Assembly: GCA_963666515.2 (NCBI GenBank) | Contig: OY762897.2 | Location: 2,144,001 to 2,208,000, forward strand | DNA from: Candidatus Binatia bacterium | Lineage (GTDB): Bacteria; Desulfobacterota; Binatia; UBA9968; JAJDTQ01 | Direction of reading: 5' to 3' | DNA length: 64,000 nt | Part shown: in pieces, positions 9,315 to 19,148 of the stretch | Layout: every line of letters starts with the position of its first letter | How positions within the stretch are numbered: the first letter of the stretch is position 1 | Notes under the pieces: model-generated | Told to the model about the DNA's origin: nothing | What the model saw: only the letters and a program-made list of their open reading frames with translations | Databases searched by the model: none | Position numbers and translations under genes: made by a program

Positions 9315-11648
9315 ATGCCCGACGACACCACCAGGCGCGCGCCCCCGCTCGACTTCATCCGCACCATCGTCCGGGACGACCTGGCCGGCGGGAAACACCC
9401 CGGCGGCGTGGTCACCCGCTTTCCGCCGGAGCCCAACGGCTTTCTCCACATCGGCCACGCCAAGTCCATCTGCCTGAACTTCGGCGTCGCCGGGGAATTC
9501 GGCGGCCGTTGCAACCTGCGCTTCGACGATACCGACCCGGCCAAGGAGGACACGCTCTTCGTCGAGGCCATCAAGGACAACATCCGCTGGCTGGGCTTCG
9601 ACTGGGGCGAGGGCCTGTACAACGCCTCCGACTACTTCGAGGAGCTTTACCGCTTCGCCGTCCAGCTCATCGAGCGCGGCGGCGCCTACGTGTGCAGCCT
9701 GAGCGAGGCGGAGATCCGGGAGACCCGCGGCACGGTGACGGAGCCCGGCCGCGAGAGCCCCTACCGCGCCCGCGCGGTGGACGAGAACCTCGACCTGTTC
9801 GCCCGCATGCGCGCCGGCGAGTTCCCTGACGGCGCCCACGTGCTGCGTGCCAGGATCGACATGGCGTCGCCGAACATGAAGATGCGCGACCCGGTGATCT
9901 ACCGCATCCGCCACGTCACCCACCACCACACCGGCGACGCCTGGCCCATCTATCCCATGTACGACTTCGCCCACCCGCTGTCGGACGCGCTGGAAGGGGT
10001 CACCCACTCCCTCTGCACCCTGGAGTTCGAGAACAACCGGGAGTTCTACGACTGGATCCTGGCGCAGGTGGACGTCCCCTCCACCCCGCGTCAGATCGAG
10101 TTCGCCCGGCTGAACCTCGACTACACGGTAATGAGCAAGCGCCGGCTGCTGGAGCTGGTGGAGGAGGAGCACGTCGCCGGGTGGGACGACCCGCGCATGC
10201 CCACCCTGGCCGGACTGAGGCGGCGCGGCTACACGCCCGAGGCCATCCGCAACTTCTGCCACAGCGTCGGCATCGCCAAGAGCGACAACACCGTCGAGAT
10301 GGGCCAGCTAGAGTACTTCATTCGCGACGACCTGAACCACAAGGCTCCCCGGGTGCTGGCTGTCGAACGTCCCCTCAAGGTGGTCCTCACCAACTACCCG
10401 GAGGGTCGCGTGGAAGAGCTGGAGGCGCCCTACTATCCCCACGACGTGCCCAAGGAAGGATCGCGCCCGCTCCCCTTTTCCCGCGAGATATACATCGAGC
10501 GGGACGACTTCCTCGAAGAACCGCCCAAGGGCTACCGCCGGCTGGCGCCGGGGCGCGAGGTGCGGCTGCGCTACGCCTACATCATCCGTTGCGACGAGGT
10601 GGTCAAGGATCCATCCACGGGCGAGGTGACGGAGTTACGCTGCTCCTACGACCCGGAGACCCGGAGCGGCTCCGACAAGAGCGGCAAGAAGGTGCAGGGC
10701 ACCATCCACTGGGTATCCGCCGCTCACGCGCTCGAAGCCGAGTTGCGGCTCTACGACCGGCTGTTCTCGGCGCCGGACCCCCAGGGCGACCCCGGCCGCG
10801 ACTATCGCGAGCTGCTGAACCCCAAGTCCCTGGAGACCGTCACCGGACTCGTCGAGCCGAGCCTGGACAGCGCCCGCCCGGGCGACCGCTTCCAGTTCGA
10901 GCGGCTGGGCTACTTCTGCGTGGACCCGGACTCCGCTGCCGGTGCGCCGGTGTTCAACCGCATCGTCACGTTGCGGGACTCGTGGCTCAAGATCGTACGG
11001 CGGGACGACGGCTCCGGCGAGCCCAGGCGGTCCCGCGGAACGCAGGCCGCCCCGAAGAACGCGGCCAGGGTTCCCGCGGAAAGAAGGGCGCCGGCCCCCG
11101 CCGAACTGACCGCGGCGCAGCACTCCAGAATGGAGCACTACCGCGACCGGCTCGGGCTCGCGACCGGCGACGCCTTCCTCCTGGCCTCGGACGACAGCCT
11201 GGCCGGGTTCTTCGAGGAGGCGGTCCGCGCCCACGACAACGCCAAGGCGGTGGCCAACTGGATCGTCAACGAACTGCGCCCGGCGGTGAAAGACAATCCG
11301 CTGGACTCATTGCCGTTGACTCCGGCGGCGCTGGCGGAACTGGTGGCCCTCATCGACAGCCAGACCATTTCCGGCAACGCCGGTAAACAGGTCTTCGCCG
11401 CCATGCTGGAAAGCCGCGAGAGCCCGGCCGGCATCGTCGAAAGGCTCGGACTCCGGCAGGTAACCGACGCGGGCCAGCTCGAACCCCTCGTCGACGCCGT
11501 CCTCGCCGCAAATCCCGGGAACGTCACCCTCTATCGCGAGGGCAAGACCAATCTCCTGGGATTCTTCGTGGGCCAGGTGATGAAGTCCACCAACGGCAAG
11601 GCCGACCCCCGCCTCGTCAACGAGTTGCTGCGGGCGAAGCTGGCCTGA
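9315..11648 (+). CDS. glnS: Glutamine--tRNA ligase with C-terminal YqeY/GatB domain
   Basis: [26 protein letters not shown]; GatB-like tail [13 protein letters not shown]; start at ATG 9315 (GTG 9300 possible). Confidence 0.95.
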   Translation: MPDDTTRRAPPLDFIRTIVRDDLAGGKHPGGVVTRFPPEPNGFLHIGHAKSICLNFGVAGEFGGRCNLRFDDTDPAKEDTLFVEAIKDNIRWLGFDWGEGLYNASDYFEELYRFAVQLIERGGAYVCSLSEAEIRETRGTVTEPGRESPYRARAVDENLDLFARMRAGEFPDGAHVLRARIDMASPNMKMRDPVIYRIRHVTHHHTGDAWPIYPMYDFAHPLSDALEGVTHSLCTLEFENNREFYDWILAQVDVPSTPRQIEFARLNLDYTVMSKRRLLELVEEEHVAGWDDPRMPTLAGLRRRGYTPEAIRNFCHSVGIAKSDNTVEMGQLEYFIRDDLNHKAPRVLAVERPLKVVLTNYPEGRVEELEAPYYPHDVPKEGSRPLPFSREIYIERDDFLEEPPKGYRRLAPGREVRLRYAYIIRCDEVVKDPSTGEVTELRCSYDPETRSGSDKSGKKVQGTIHWVSAAHALEAELRLYDRLFSAPDPQGDPGRDYRELLNPKSLETVTGLVEPSLDSARPGDRFQFERLGYFCVDPDSAAGAPVFNRIVTLRDSWLKIVRRDDGSGEPRRSRGTQAAPKNAARVPAERRAPAPAELTAAQHSRMEHYRDRLGLATGDAFLLASDDSLAGFFEEAVRAHDNAKAVANWIVNELRPAVKDNPLDSLPLTPAALAELVALIDSQTISGNAGKQVFAAMLESRESPAGIVERLGLRQVTDAGQLEPLVDAVLAANPGNVTLYREGKTNLLGFFVGQVMKSTNGKADPRLVNELLRAKLA

Positions 11649-11693
11649 CGGCCGGCGAATCCGGTGCGTGGCCGGCGCGGCCGAGTCTGCACG

Positions 11694-12245
11694 TCAATTC
11701 TTCGTGCGGAACGTCCGATGGCAGTCCGAGCAGGTCTTCTGCAGACGCATGAAGACCGCGTCCGGCGCCATCGCCGCGAGGTCTTCGGATCCCGAACTCC
11801 GCGACGCCGGACCTGCGTCCGCCCCCCTTCCGCCGCCTCGCTCCGACAGCCGTTCATTGGATGCCGTTGCGGCAAGCGCGCCCGCGTACACGGCGAGGTC
11901 CCGGGCCGTGGCGGAGAAGCGTTCCCAATCGGTCCATATGGCGGGCTTCGCCCTCGACGGGTGCTTCAGACTCCCCTCGGGGAACAAGGCCGTCATCTTC
12001 TCGCCCCCGTGTGTTGCGATGGCCCGGGCGTAGGCCCTGACCCGTTCGGCGTCGTAGGGCTGCTTCCCGCGCATCATCCCCCGCAACGCCTTCATGGCGC
12101 CGGCGATGGCTTCCATGGCGTCCATGCGCTGCTTGACGATGCCGGTGGCGCCACGGTGCGCAAGCACTCCCGCGGAGGCAAGAACGAGAGCCAAGGCTAC
12201 CGCCGCGGACAGGAGCCGTTTCCCCGGTACAGACTGTGGTCCCAC
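11694..12245 (-). CDS. Cytochrome c' (class II cytochrome c)
   Basis: Signal peptide; AKPAIWTDWERF; C-terminal CSDCH. Confidence 0.85.
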   Translation of the reverse strand: MGPQSVPGKRLLSAAVALALVLASAGVLAHRGATGIVKQRMDAMEAIAGAMKALRGMMRGKQPYDAERVRAYARAIATHGGEKMTALFPEGSLKHPSRAKPAIWTDWERFSATARDLAVYAGALAATASNERLSERGGGRGADAGPASRSSGSEDLAAMAPDAVFMRLQKTCSDCHRTFRTKN

Positions 12246-12249
12246 GGTC

Positions 12250-12663
12250 CTAGAATATCCCCCTCGCCCGTTGCAAAGCGCGGACGTAATCGATGACGGC
12301 CCTGAGGTCGGCGTCCGAAAGGCCCGGAACCGGCGGCATGTTGCCGAACCGCCAGTGGTGCGCCCGAACCCCCCTTCTCACCGCCAGCACGAACGCCATG
12401 TCGGAATGATGGCCCGGTTCGTAGTATCGGTGGACCAGCGGCGGTCCCTGGGAAGACCCGACCGCTTGCGGCCCGTGGCACACCGCGCATTTCTGATTGT
12501 ATACAGCCTGGCCCGGCATACCCGCCATGGACGCCGCCGGGATTTCGGGGCGCGTCCCGGTCCCGCCGGCTGGCGGGTGCATACCGTGCCCGCCCGGCCA
12601 CAGGACCCATGCCGCCGCGGCGGCGACCACCACCGCGGCCGCCAAGCCGACGACCAGCTTCAC
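12250..12663 (-). CDS. Membrane-anchored class I cytochrome c
   Basis: N-terminal TM; CAVCH; GPPLVH.YYEP.HH..., GNMPP; GTG start at 12663 inferred. Confidence 0.8.
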   Translation of the reverse strand: MKLVVGLAAAVVVAAAAAWVLWPGGHGMHPPAGGTGTRPEIPAASMAGMPGQAVYNQKCAVCHGPQAVGSSQGPPLVHRYYEPGHHSDMAFVLAVRRGVRAHHWRFGNMPPVPGLSDADLRAVIDYVRALQRARGIF

Positions 12664-12704
12664 CCACTCTTCCCCGGCATTGCCCTCATTCGAGCCACCA
12701 TGGC

Positions 12705-14327
12705 CTAATGCCCGCCTCGGGCTTCGGCGATGAGGAGTTCCAGGATTTCCTGGCTGGTGATCGCTCCCACGAACGCCTCGGACTCGCGGTCCTTGACGGG
12801 TATCACGGTCAGGGAACTCTCCGTCATCCGCTGGAGGGCGTCTTCCAGCGCCTCGTCGGGCCAGGTGTTGGGCGCGGACTCGCGCGCGATCTTGCCCAGG
12901 TTCGTGCCCGACCACGCCGGCTTGGGCAGATACCTGAGCATCGCAAGCGATACGATCCCCACCAGCTCGTCCCTGTCCACGACCACGTAGTCCTGCTGGT
13001 GCGGCACGATCCACTGGTCGGCGAAGTCCCGCACCGACATCTCTGGATCGGGAAAGATGCGCTCCCGGTCGATGACGTCGCCGACGGTGATGTCGTCGAG
13101 GGCGAAGCGGACCAGGGAGGGCGGAAGGGGACCCTTCAGCGCGGTCCGTCCCGTGGGCTTGGCGCGGCTGACCGCGGCGGTGATGATCGGCGGCGCAAAC
13201 AGGATGTAGGCCAGCATGATGAGAACGAACAACGAGAAGACGGGCGGCCCGATGATCTCGCGTTCCAGCAGCACGAGCAGTATGGCGATCTCGGCAACGC
13301 CCTTCGCCATCAGCCCGGAGGCGATGGTGAAAGGCAGGTCGAGACGCGCCGCCACGGAGCCCAGCGCGGCGCCGGCGAACTTTCCGATCAGGGGGACCGT
13401 CACCAGCGCCGCGATGGTCCACGCCGGCAGCTCGATGAACGACAGGGTCAGATGCAACCCGGCCGAGCTGAAGAAGAGGGGCACGAAGAACCCGTCGGCA
13501 ATGCTCTTCAAGCCCGGGATGATGTCCCGCTGCACCTGGTGGGGCAGCCGCGACAGCGCGACGCCCAGGAGCAGCGCGCCCAGGGAGCCGTGCAGGCCGA
13601 ACCCCTCGGCGACCACGACCGCAACGAACAGGAAGCCCAGGATCAGCCCGAACGACAGTTGGGGGACACGGAGCGCGCGCTCCAGCAACTCGATCAGCGG
13701 CGGCACCACCCGGCCGGCCAGCACCCAGGTTGCCACGATGAAGCCAGCGATCTGTCCCAGCAGGACGAACACGCCGCCGAGGCTCAGTTCGTGGGAGTGT
13801 TCGCCGATGGTGAGTCCCACCATCAGCAGGACCAGCAGCTCCGCGATGAGCGCGGTGGTGAACATCTCGAGCCCCACGGGGTCCTTCAGGCGGTCGGAAT
13901 CGATCAGGACCTTGGCGACGACGCCCAGGCTGGTGAGGGAAAGAACCCCGGCCAGCGCCAGCGAGCCGTTGAAATCGAGGCCGAGACCGAAGTCGTGGAA
14001 CAGGTCGTAGGTGACAGCCAGCGAAGCCATGAGCGGTATGAGGACCGAAATGACCGCCACCATGAAGAACCGGCCGCGAATGGCCGCCATGAAACCGGAG
14101 ACGTCGATCTCGTGCAGGCCGATGAGGAAGAAGTAGAGGAAGATGCCGATGCTCAGGAGGACCTGGATGTGGCCGGTCAGTTCGACTATACCCAAAACCG
14201 GTCCCAGGAGGATGCCTGTGGCCGTGTAGGCGACGATGGCGTTGAGCCGGAAGCGCCAGAGAACGCCTTCAGCCAGCTTGGCGACGAGGATGAGCAACCC
14301 GGTGGAGAGCAGCGCTTCTTCAAGCAT
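12705..14327 (-). CDS. Cation:proton antiporter (CPA) with C-terminal CBS pair
   Basis: ~12 TM helices, FFVPLFF, CBS domains at the C-terminus; start MLEEALL. Confidence 0.85.
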   Translation of the reverse strand: MLEEALLSTGLLILVAKLAEGVLWRFRLNAIVAYTATGILLGPVLGIVELTGHIQVLLSIGIFLYFFLIGLHEIDVSGFMAAIRGRFFMVAVISVLIPLMASLAVTYDLFHDFGLGLDFNGSLALAGVLSLTSLGVVAKVLIDSDRLKDPVGLEMFTTALIAELLVLLMVGLTIGEHSHELSLGGVFVLLGQIAGFIVATWVLAGRVVPPLIELLERALRVPQLSFGLILGFLFVAVVVAEGFGLHGSLGALLLGVALSRLPHQVQRDIIPGLKSIADGFFVPLFFSSAGLHLTLSFIELPAWTIAALVTVPLIGKFAGAALGSVAARLDLPFTIASGLMAKGVAEIAILLVLLEREIIGPPVFSLFVLIMLAYILFAPPIITAAVSRAKPTGRTALKGPLPPSLVRFALDDITVGDVIDRERIFPDPEMSVRDFADQWIVPHQQDYVVVDRDELVGIVSLAMLRYLPKPAWSGTNLGKIARESAPNTWPDEALEDALQRMTESSLTVIPVKDRESEAFVGAITSQEILELLIAEARGGH

Positions 14328-14518
14328 GTCGGATTCCCGGCTGGCGACAGAACGAGTGGGGGTCCACATGCCCGCGCACCTTCATGACGCCATCGACAGG
14401 ACAGGACACTAGCCCGATTGGCAGAGGCGGCGCAACCCGCCGGTTGAGATCGGTCATTCTCCTTGCCATATTGTTACACCTTCGTGAAATTTCCAGTGAA
14501 TTCCTTCAGGGGGTGCGG

Positions 14519-16059
14519 ATGACCGGGGCCAGCGTCGACATACTGATTGTTCAAGAAAATCCTTCCGCGACCGCCTCTCTCCAGGCGTGTCTGGAAGAAT
14601 TGGGCTATACGGTGTGCGCCGCGGTGTCGTCCGGCCGGCAGGCCGTGGAAGCAGCCGCGGCAGCACGTCCCGACGTGGCCTTGATCGACCTCGGGGTCAG
14701 AGGGGAGGTCAGCGGCATCGAGGCGGCCGAACGGATCGGCCGCCCGCTGGACGTCGCGGTGGTCTACCTGGACGGCATTTTCGACGAGGAGCTGTGGCAG
14801 CGAGCCCAGGCGACCCGTCCGTTGGGCTACGTGCCGCAGCCGTTCGAGAAGCGGCAACTGCACCTGACCGTCCAGACCGCCCTTTCCCTGCGCGAGCGGG
14901 AAAACGGCCATCGGGAGAACGCGGCGCGGCTGGAACGCCGCGCGCGCCGCATGGAGGCGGTGTTCGACGGCTTCCGGTCGTGCGGGCGCTCCAGGGCGAG
15001 GAAACGGAAGAGATGGACTTCTTCGTACGCAATCAGCACAACCCGGACGGGACGTACATCAAGGCCCGGGCGATCCCCATCTACAACCATGACCGCACCG
15101 AGATCATCGCCGGCATGGCCGTCGTGCGCGACATCACCGAGCAGATCAACGCCCAGGAAGCGTTGTCGCACGCGTTCGCGCAGGGACGGCTGGAGATCGT
15201 CGAGACCATCCTCCACAACATCGGCAACGCCATCAACAGCGTCACCGTGGGCATCGACACCGTGGACCAGAAGCTGGCCGGCGATCCGCTCCTGCGCCGG
15301 CTCCGCAGCCTGGCAGACGCCGTCAAGGACCACGAGGAGGACTGGATCGACTACATCACCCGCGATCCGCAGGGGCAGAAGGTCATGCCCTTCATCGTCG
15401 CCATCGCCGACGACTTCACCCGGCAGAACCACCAGTTGAGAGGGACCGTCCAGCGCGTGAAGGACCGGGCGAATCACATCGCGGACATCGTCCGCACCCA
15501 GAAGGCCATCGGCGGTCCCGGCATGGACCGGAAAGACGTCAACCTGGAGAACGCCATCGCCGCGGCGGTCAAGGTGCTGCAGGATTCGGTCCAGCGAAGG
15601 AACGTCCGCATCGAGGTCGACTGCGGGAACGCGCCCCGGGAGATACGTATCCGGGAGAGTCAGTTCCACCAGATGATGGTCAACCTGGTGAAGAACTCGC
15701 TTGAAGCCATCGACGAGCTGACCGCTTCGGACGGACTCCGGGAAACTCCGTGCATCCGCATCCGCGCCCACGTCGAGGGCGAATCATTCATCCTCGAAGT
15801 GAACGACAACGGCATCGGCATCGACCGGAACCGCCAGCAAGCGATCTTCGCCGCGGGCTATACCACCAAGGAGTCCGGGACCGGCTTGGGTCTCCATTCG
15901 AGCGCCTACTTCGTCGCCGAATCGGGCGGGCAGATCCATCCTCTGAGCGACGGCGTGGGCAAGGGAACGACCATGCGCATCCAGTTGCCGCTCTCCTCCA
16001 TCACCGCTCCGGAACCCGCAGTCCAAGACGCTCGTCACGCCGGCGCAGCCATCCGATGA
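14519..16059 (+). pseudogene. Hybrid receiver-PAS-histidine kinase disrupted by frameshift/deletion at ~14970
   Basis: Receiver domain in frame from ATG 14519; the PAS C-terminal half and HisKA/HATPase (LHNIGN, NLVKNS, DNGIG, TTK..GTGLGL) continue in another frame from 14971. Confidence 0.75.
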
Positions 16060-16588
16060 ACGGCAACGCCAGCACCACCATCCACGCTTTCCCGATGACC
16101 TGTCCCAACAGGAAGTCGAGGCTCCCGAACGCGAGGTACAGGAACAGGACGCTGTCCACCACCAGGCCCACGACGCTGCTGGCGAAGACCGCCAGCAGCA
16201 ACCGGCGCCGCTGCAACGGCGTATAGACGGCAAGGTCGGCCAGTTCCGAAAGCAGGAAGGCCGCGGCCGACGCCACGACCAGAGACGGCGGCGCGAACAC
16301 CGCGGACAAGCCCGCGCCCGCCACCACCGCGCCAGCGGCCCACGCGAGGCCCATGCGGCGCTGGACCAGGTCCCGGAGCACGAGCGCCAGCCCGATGGTC
16401 ACGACCCCGCTCGGCGCCATGATCCCGGGCGCCACCGGGATCAGGCACGGCGACGCCGGCGGGCACACCGTGCCCACGTTGCCGATGAGCCAGTTGGCCG
16501 CCGGGATGCACAACCCGAACCCGACCAGAAACAGGACCCCTTCCCTGCGCCTTCGACCTTCAATATCGGACACCGCCCGTACCTCCAT
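16001..16588 (-). CDS. VUT/YhhQ family vitamin (queuosine-precursor-type) transporter
   Basis: LRDLVQRR.G, ASAAAFLLSELAD..VY, DSVLFL.LAFG. Confidence 0.8.
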   Translation of the reverse strand: MEVRAVSDIEGRRRREGVLFLVGFGLCIPAANWLIGNVGTVCPPASPCLIPVAPGIMAPSGVVTIGLALVLRDLVQRRMGLAWAAGAVVAGAGLSAVFAPPSLVVASAAAFLLSELADLAVYTPLQRRRLLLAVFASSVVGLVVDSVLFLYLAFGSLDFLLGQVIGKAWMVVLALPFIGWLRRRDERLGLRVPER

Positions 16589-16608
16589 GAGTGCACCTTC
16601 TAGCGGGT

Positions 16609-18327
16609 TCATCCCGCAGCGCGCAAGGTCGCGGCGGCGCGCCAGCCGAGAGTGAAATAGAGGATAACCAACGGAACCACGAGGAGCAGGGCCACGAGCG
16701 AGACCGCCGCGGCGTGGTTCAACTCTCCGTCCCCCCAGATGGCCCAAATGTAGACCGGCAGCGTGGTGTTGTCGCGGGTCACCAGAAGCGCCGCCATGGT
16801 CAGCTCGCTGTAGGCGAGAAGAGCCATCCACAACCACGCGTAGAGCAGCGTCGGCGCCAGCAGCGGACGCACGATGCGCCAGAACACGCTCATGGTCTCG
16901 AGCCCGAAGACATAGCCCGCCTCGTCGAGGTCCTTGTGGATTTGCAGCAGGGAGGAGTTGTACATCCGCGTGGCGAAGGGGATCCGGGCTACGACGTTCA
17001 CCAGGATGATGATGAGGATGGTCCCGTAGAACGGGACGTAGACCGGCAGCCAGAACAGCGCGATGAACAGCGCGCCTACGGCGAAGATCATGTTCGGAAT
17101 GACGTGCGGGAGAAAGGAGACGACGTCGAACAGCCCGGAGAGGCGACTCTTCGACTTGATGATGTTCCAGGAGAGGGCCACTCCCACGATCGTCGCCAGG
17201 GTCGGCACCACCAGCGTCAGGACCGCGGAGTTCCCCAGCGCGAACCAGAACGTGTCCCAGGGTATGTTCCTGAAGTTGGACAGCGTCACCATCTGCAACG
17301 CCGGCCAGGACGGCGCCATCAGGAACGGGAGCAGCGACGCCCACACCAGCATCGCCAGCGGCAACAGCAGGTTGAGCGAAACCACCAACCCGATGAACAG
17401 CCATCCGGTGACCCACCATCGCCCAAGCTCCAGGGGCCGGGGCCGGTAGGCCTTGCCCGAGATCACCTGGTACCGCTCGCCGCGCTGAATGGTCCGCAGG
17501 TACCACCAGCTAATGAGAAGCGCCAGCGCCATCATGAAGACGCTGATGGCGCCGACGATGCCGTAGTCCGGCGGAGCGTCGAGCGGCTGCGCGCGGACGT
17601 AGAGATACGTGCTCAGGGTGTAGGTCCGGTTCGCCATGCCGAGGAACGCCGGAACGTCGAAGGTCGTCATGCCGAGCGCCATCACGTAGAGGCCCGCGGC
17701 CAGGATGCTCGGCCACATCAGCGGCAGGGTCACGTACCGAAGCCGGTCCCAAAATCCGCCGCCGTGAACCTGAGCGCTCTCTTCGAGAGCCGGGTCCATG
17801 TTGCGGAAGGCGGGGGCGATCATGATGAAGGCAAGCCCCACGAAGTTGAGGCCCTGCACGAAACCCATTCCCGGCACGGCGCCGATGTTGAACGGCGCCG
17901 CCTCGAGAGACAGGAAATCCATCAGCCACCGGTTGACGATGCCGATGCGCGGGTGAAGGAGGAACTGCCACCCCATGGCCGGGAAAAAGGCCGGCACCGC
18001 CAGGGTGAGGGTGAGCAGCGTAACCACCCAGCCGCGCCCCGGCAGGTCGGTGCGCTCCACCAGGAACGCGATGGGGACCGCCAACACGAGCGCGGTGACC
18101 ACGACGATAAGCGTGAAACCGAGCGTGTTGACGACCGCCCGGAAGGCCGAGCCGTCGCGGAAGACTTCACGAAAGTTGTCGAGCGTCCAGACGCCGCCGG
18201 CGATCCGCCCTTCCTCGAGGAACGCCACCTGGACCACGACCGCCAACAGCAGGGCGATGACGGCGAGCGCCCCCAGGGCCACGCAGACGAAGGGCGGCGA
18301 GCCCATCCATAGCCGTCGCCAATGCAC
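16609..18327 (-). CDS. ABC transporter permease, FbpB/ThiP-type (two permease domains)
   Basis: ERTDLPGR; EAA loops DPALEESA..HG and HKDLDEAG..FG. Confidence 0.85.
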   Translation of the reverse strand: MHWRRLWMGSPPFVCVALGALAVIALLLAVVVQVAFLEEGRIAGGVWTLDNFREVFRDGSAFRAVVNTLGFTLIVVVTALVLAVPIAFLVERTDLPGRGWVVTLLTLTLAVPAFFPAMGWQFLLHPRIGIVNRWLMDFLSLEAAPFNIGAVPGMGFVQGLNFVGLAFIMIAPAFRNMDPALEESAQVHGGGFWDRLRYVTLPLMWPSILAAGLYVMALGMTTFDVPAFLGMANRTYTLSTYLYVRAQPLDAPPDYGIVGAISVFMMALALLISWWYLRTIQRGERYQVISGKAYRPRPLELGRWWVTGWLFIGLVVSLNLLLPLAMLVWASLLPFLMAPSWPALQMVTLSNFRNIPWDTFWFALGNSAVLTLVVPTLATIVGVALSWNIIKSKSRLSGLFDVVSFLPHVIPNMIFAVGALFIALFWLPVYVPFYGTILIIILVNVVARIPFATRMYNSSLLQIHKDLDEAGYVFGLETMSVFWRIVRPLLAPTLLYAWLWMALLAYSELTMAALLVTRDNTTLPVYIWAIWGDGELNHAAAVSLVALLLVVPLVILYFTLGWRAAATLRAAG

Positions 18328-18338
18328 CCGACGAGCTC

Positions 18339-19148
18339 CTAGCGGAAGTCGATGGCGGCGAGCCTGGAGAAGCGGAACTTGCCGGCGACCCGGGGCAGCA
18401 CCGTGAACTGGTGCAGCGTGTACTCCATCTCATAATCGGAAAGGGCGTAGATCCCGTCGAGGGGCACCACCACCGTGTAGCCAAAGGCGCGCGCGGCCGT
18501 GGTCGCGGTGTAGAGCAAGGCGAAGTTGGCGGCGCCGCCCAGGAACACCATCGTGTGGGTCCCCCAGCCTTCCAGCAGTTGCCGCAGTTCGCCGCCGAGG
18601 AACTTGTCGTAGCCGTTGGGATAGAGGATCGGTTCGTCGCTCTGCCGGGCCAACGCGGTCGCCGCGGCGCCGTGGGGCGTATCCTTCTCCCACACCACCA
18701 CCGTGTAGACCACCGGCACCGACGCCGCCCGGGCCTTGTCGAGGAACCCGCGGGCCGGCCGGATCAGCGGCTGCGCCGGCTGGGACGGGTCTTCGGCCTT
18801 GGTGTTGAGGTCGAGTACGACGACCGCGGTGCTGGCCGCGTCCAGGACAAGCGGTTCCGGGGCCACCCGGTTCGGTCCAGTCCGCACCGGGGAGCGTTGC
18901 TCGCTCACGTTCACCGTGGCATCCAGCGACACGCCGCAACCGGGACAATAGCGCTCCTCCAGCAGTGCGCGGCCTTCCATGATCTCGTGGAACGGCCCCA
19001 TGCGCCCCGGCGGCAGCAGCCGGGTGACACAGGCCTCGCGCCAGTCCTCGCCGGCGGCGCAGAGGCGGTGGCCGCAAGCGGCGCATTGCACCCACTCTCC
19101 GCCCTGCTCCTCCACCAGTTCCAGGTTTTCCCGCAGCGGCCGCCTCAC
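18339..19148 (-). CDS. Fusion: acetone-carboxylase gamma-like Zn domain + isochorismatase-fold domain
   Basis: GTG 19148 overlaps the upstream TGA; CxxCGH.LC...YCPGCG followed by TAVVVLD...PVVYT...YDKF...TA..A..FGY.VVVP.D. Confidence 0.7.
   Translation of the reverse strand: MRRPLRENLELVEEQGGEWVQCAACGHRLCAAGEDWREACVTRLLPPGRMGPFHEIMEGRALLEERYCPGCGVSLDATVNVSEQRSPVRTGPNRVAPEPLVLDAASTAVVVLDLNTKAEDPSQPAQPLIRPARGFLDKARAASVPVVYTVVVWEKDTPHGAAATALARQSDEPILYPNGYDKFLGGELRQLLEGWGTHTMVFLGGAANFALLYTATTAARAFGYTVVVPLDGIYALSDYEMEYTLHQFTVLPRVAGKFRFSRLAAIDFR

Noticed and set aside
12664-13422. Long N-terminal extension of the cytochrome c ORF (likewise 19149-19871 and 16589-17506)
   Set aside because: Extensions overlap genuine upstream genes in another frame; starts were reassigned
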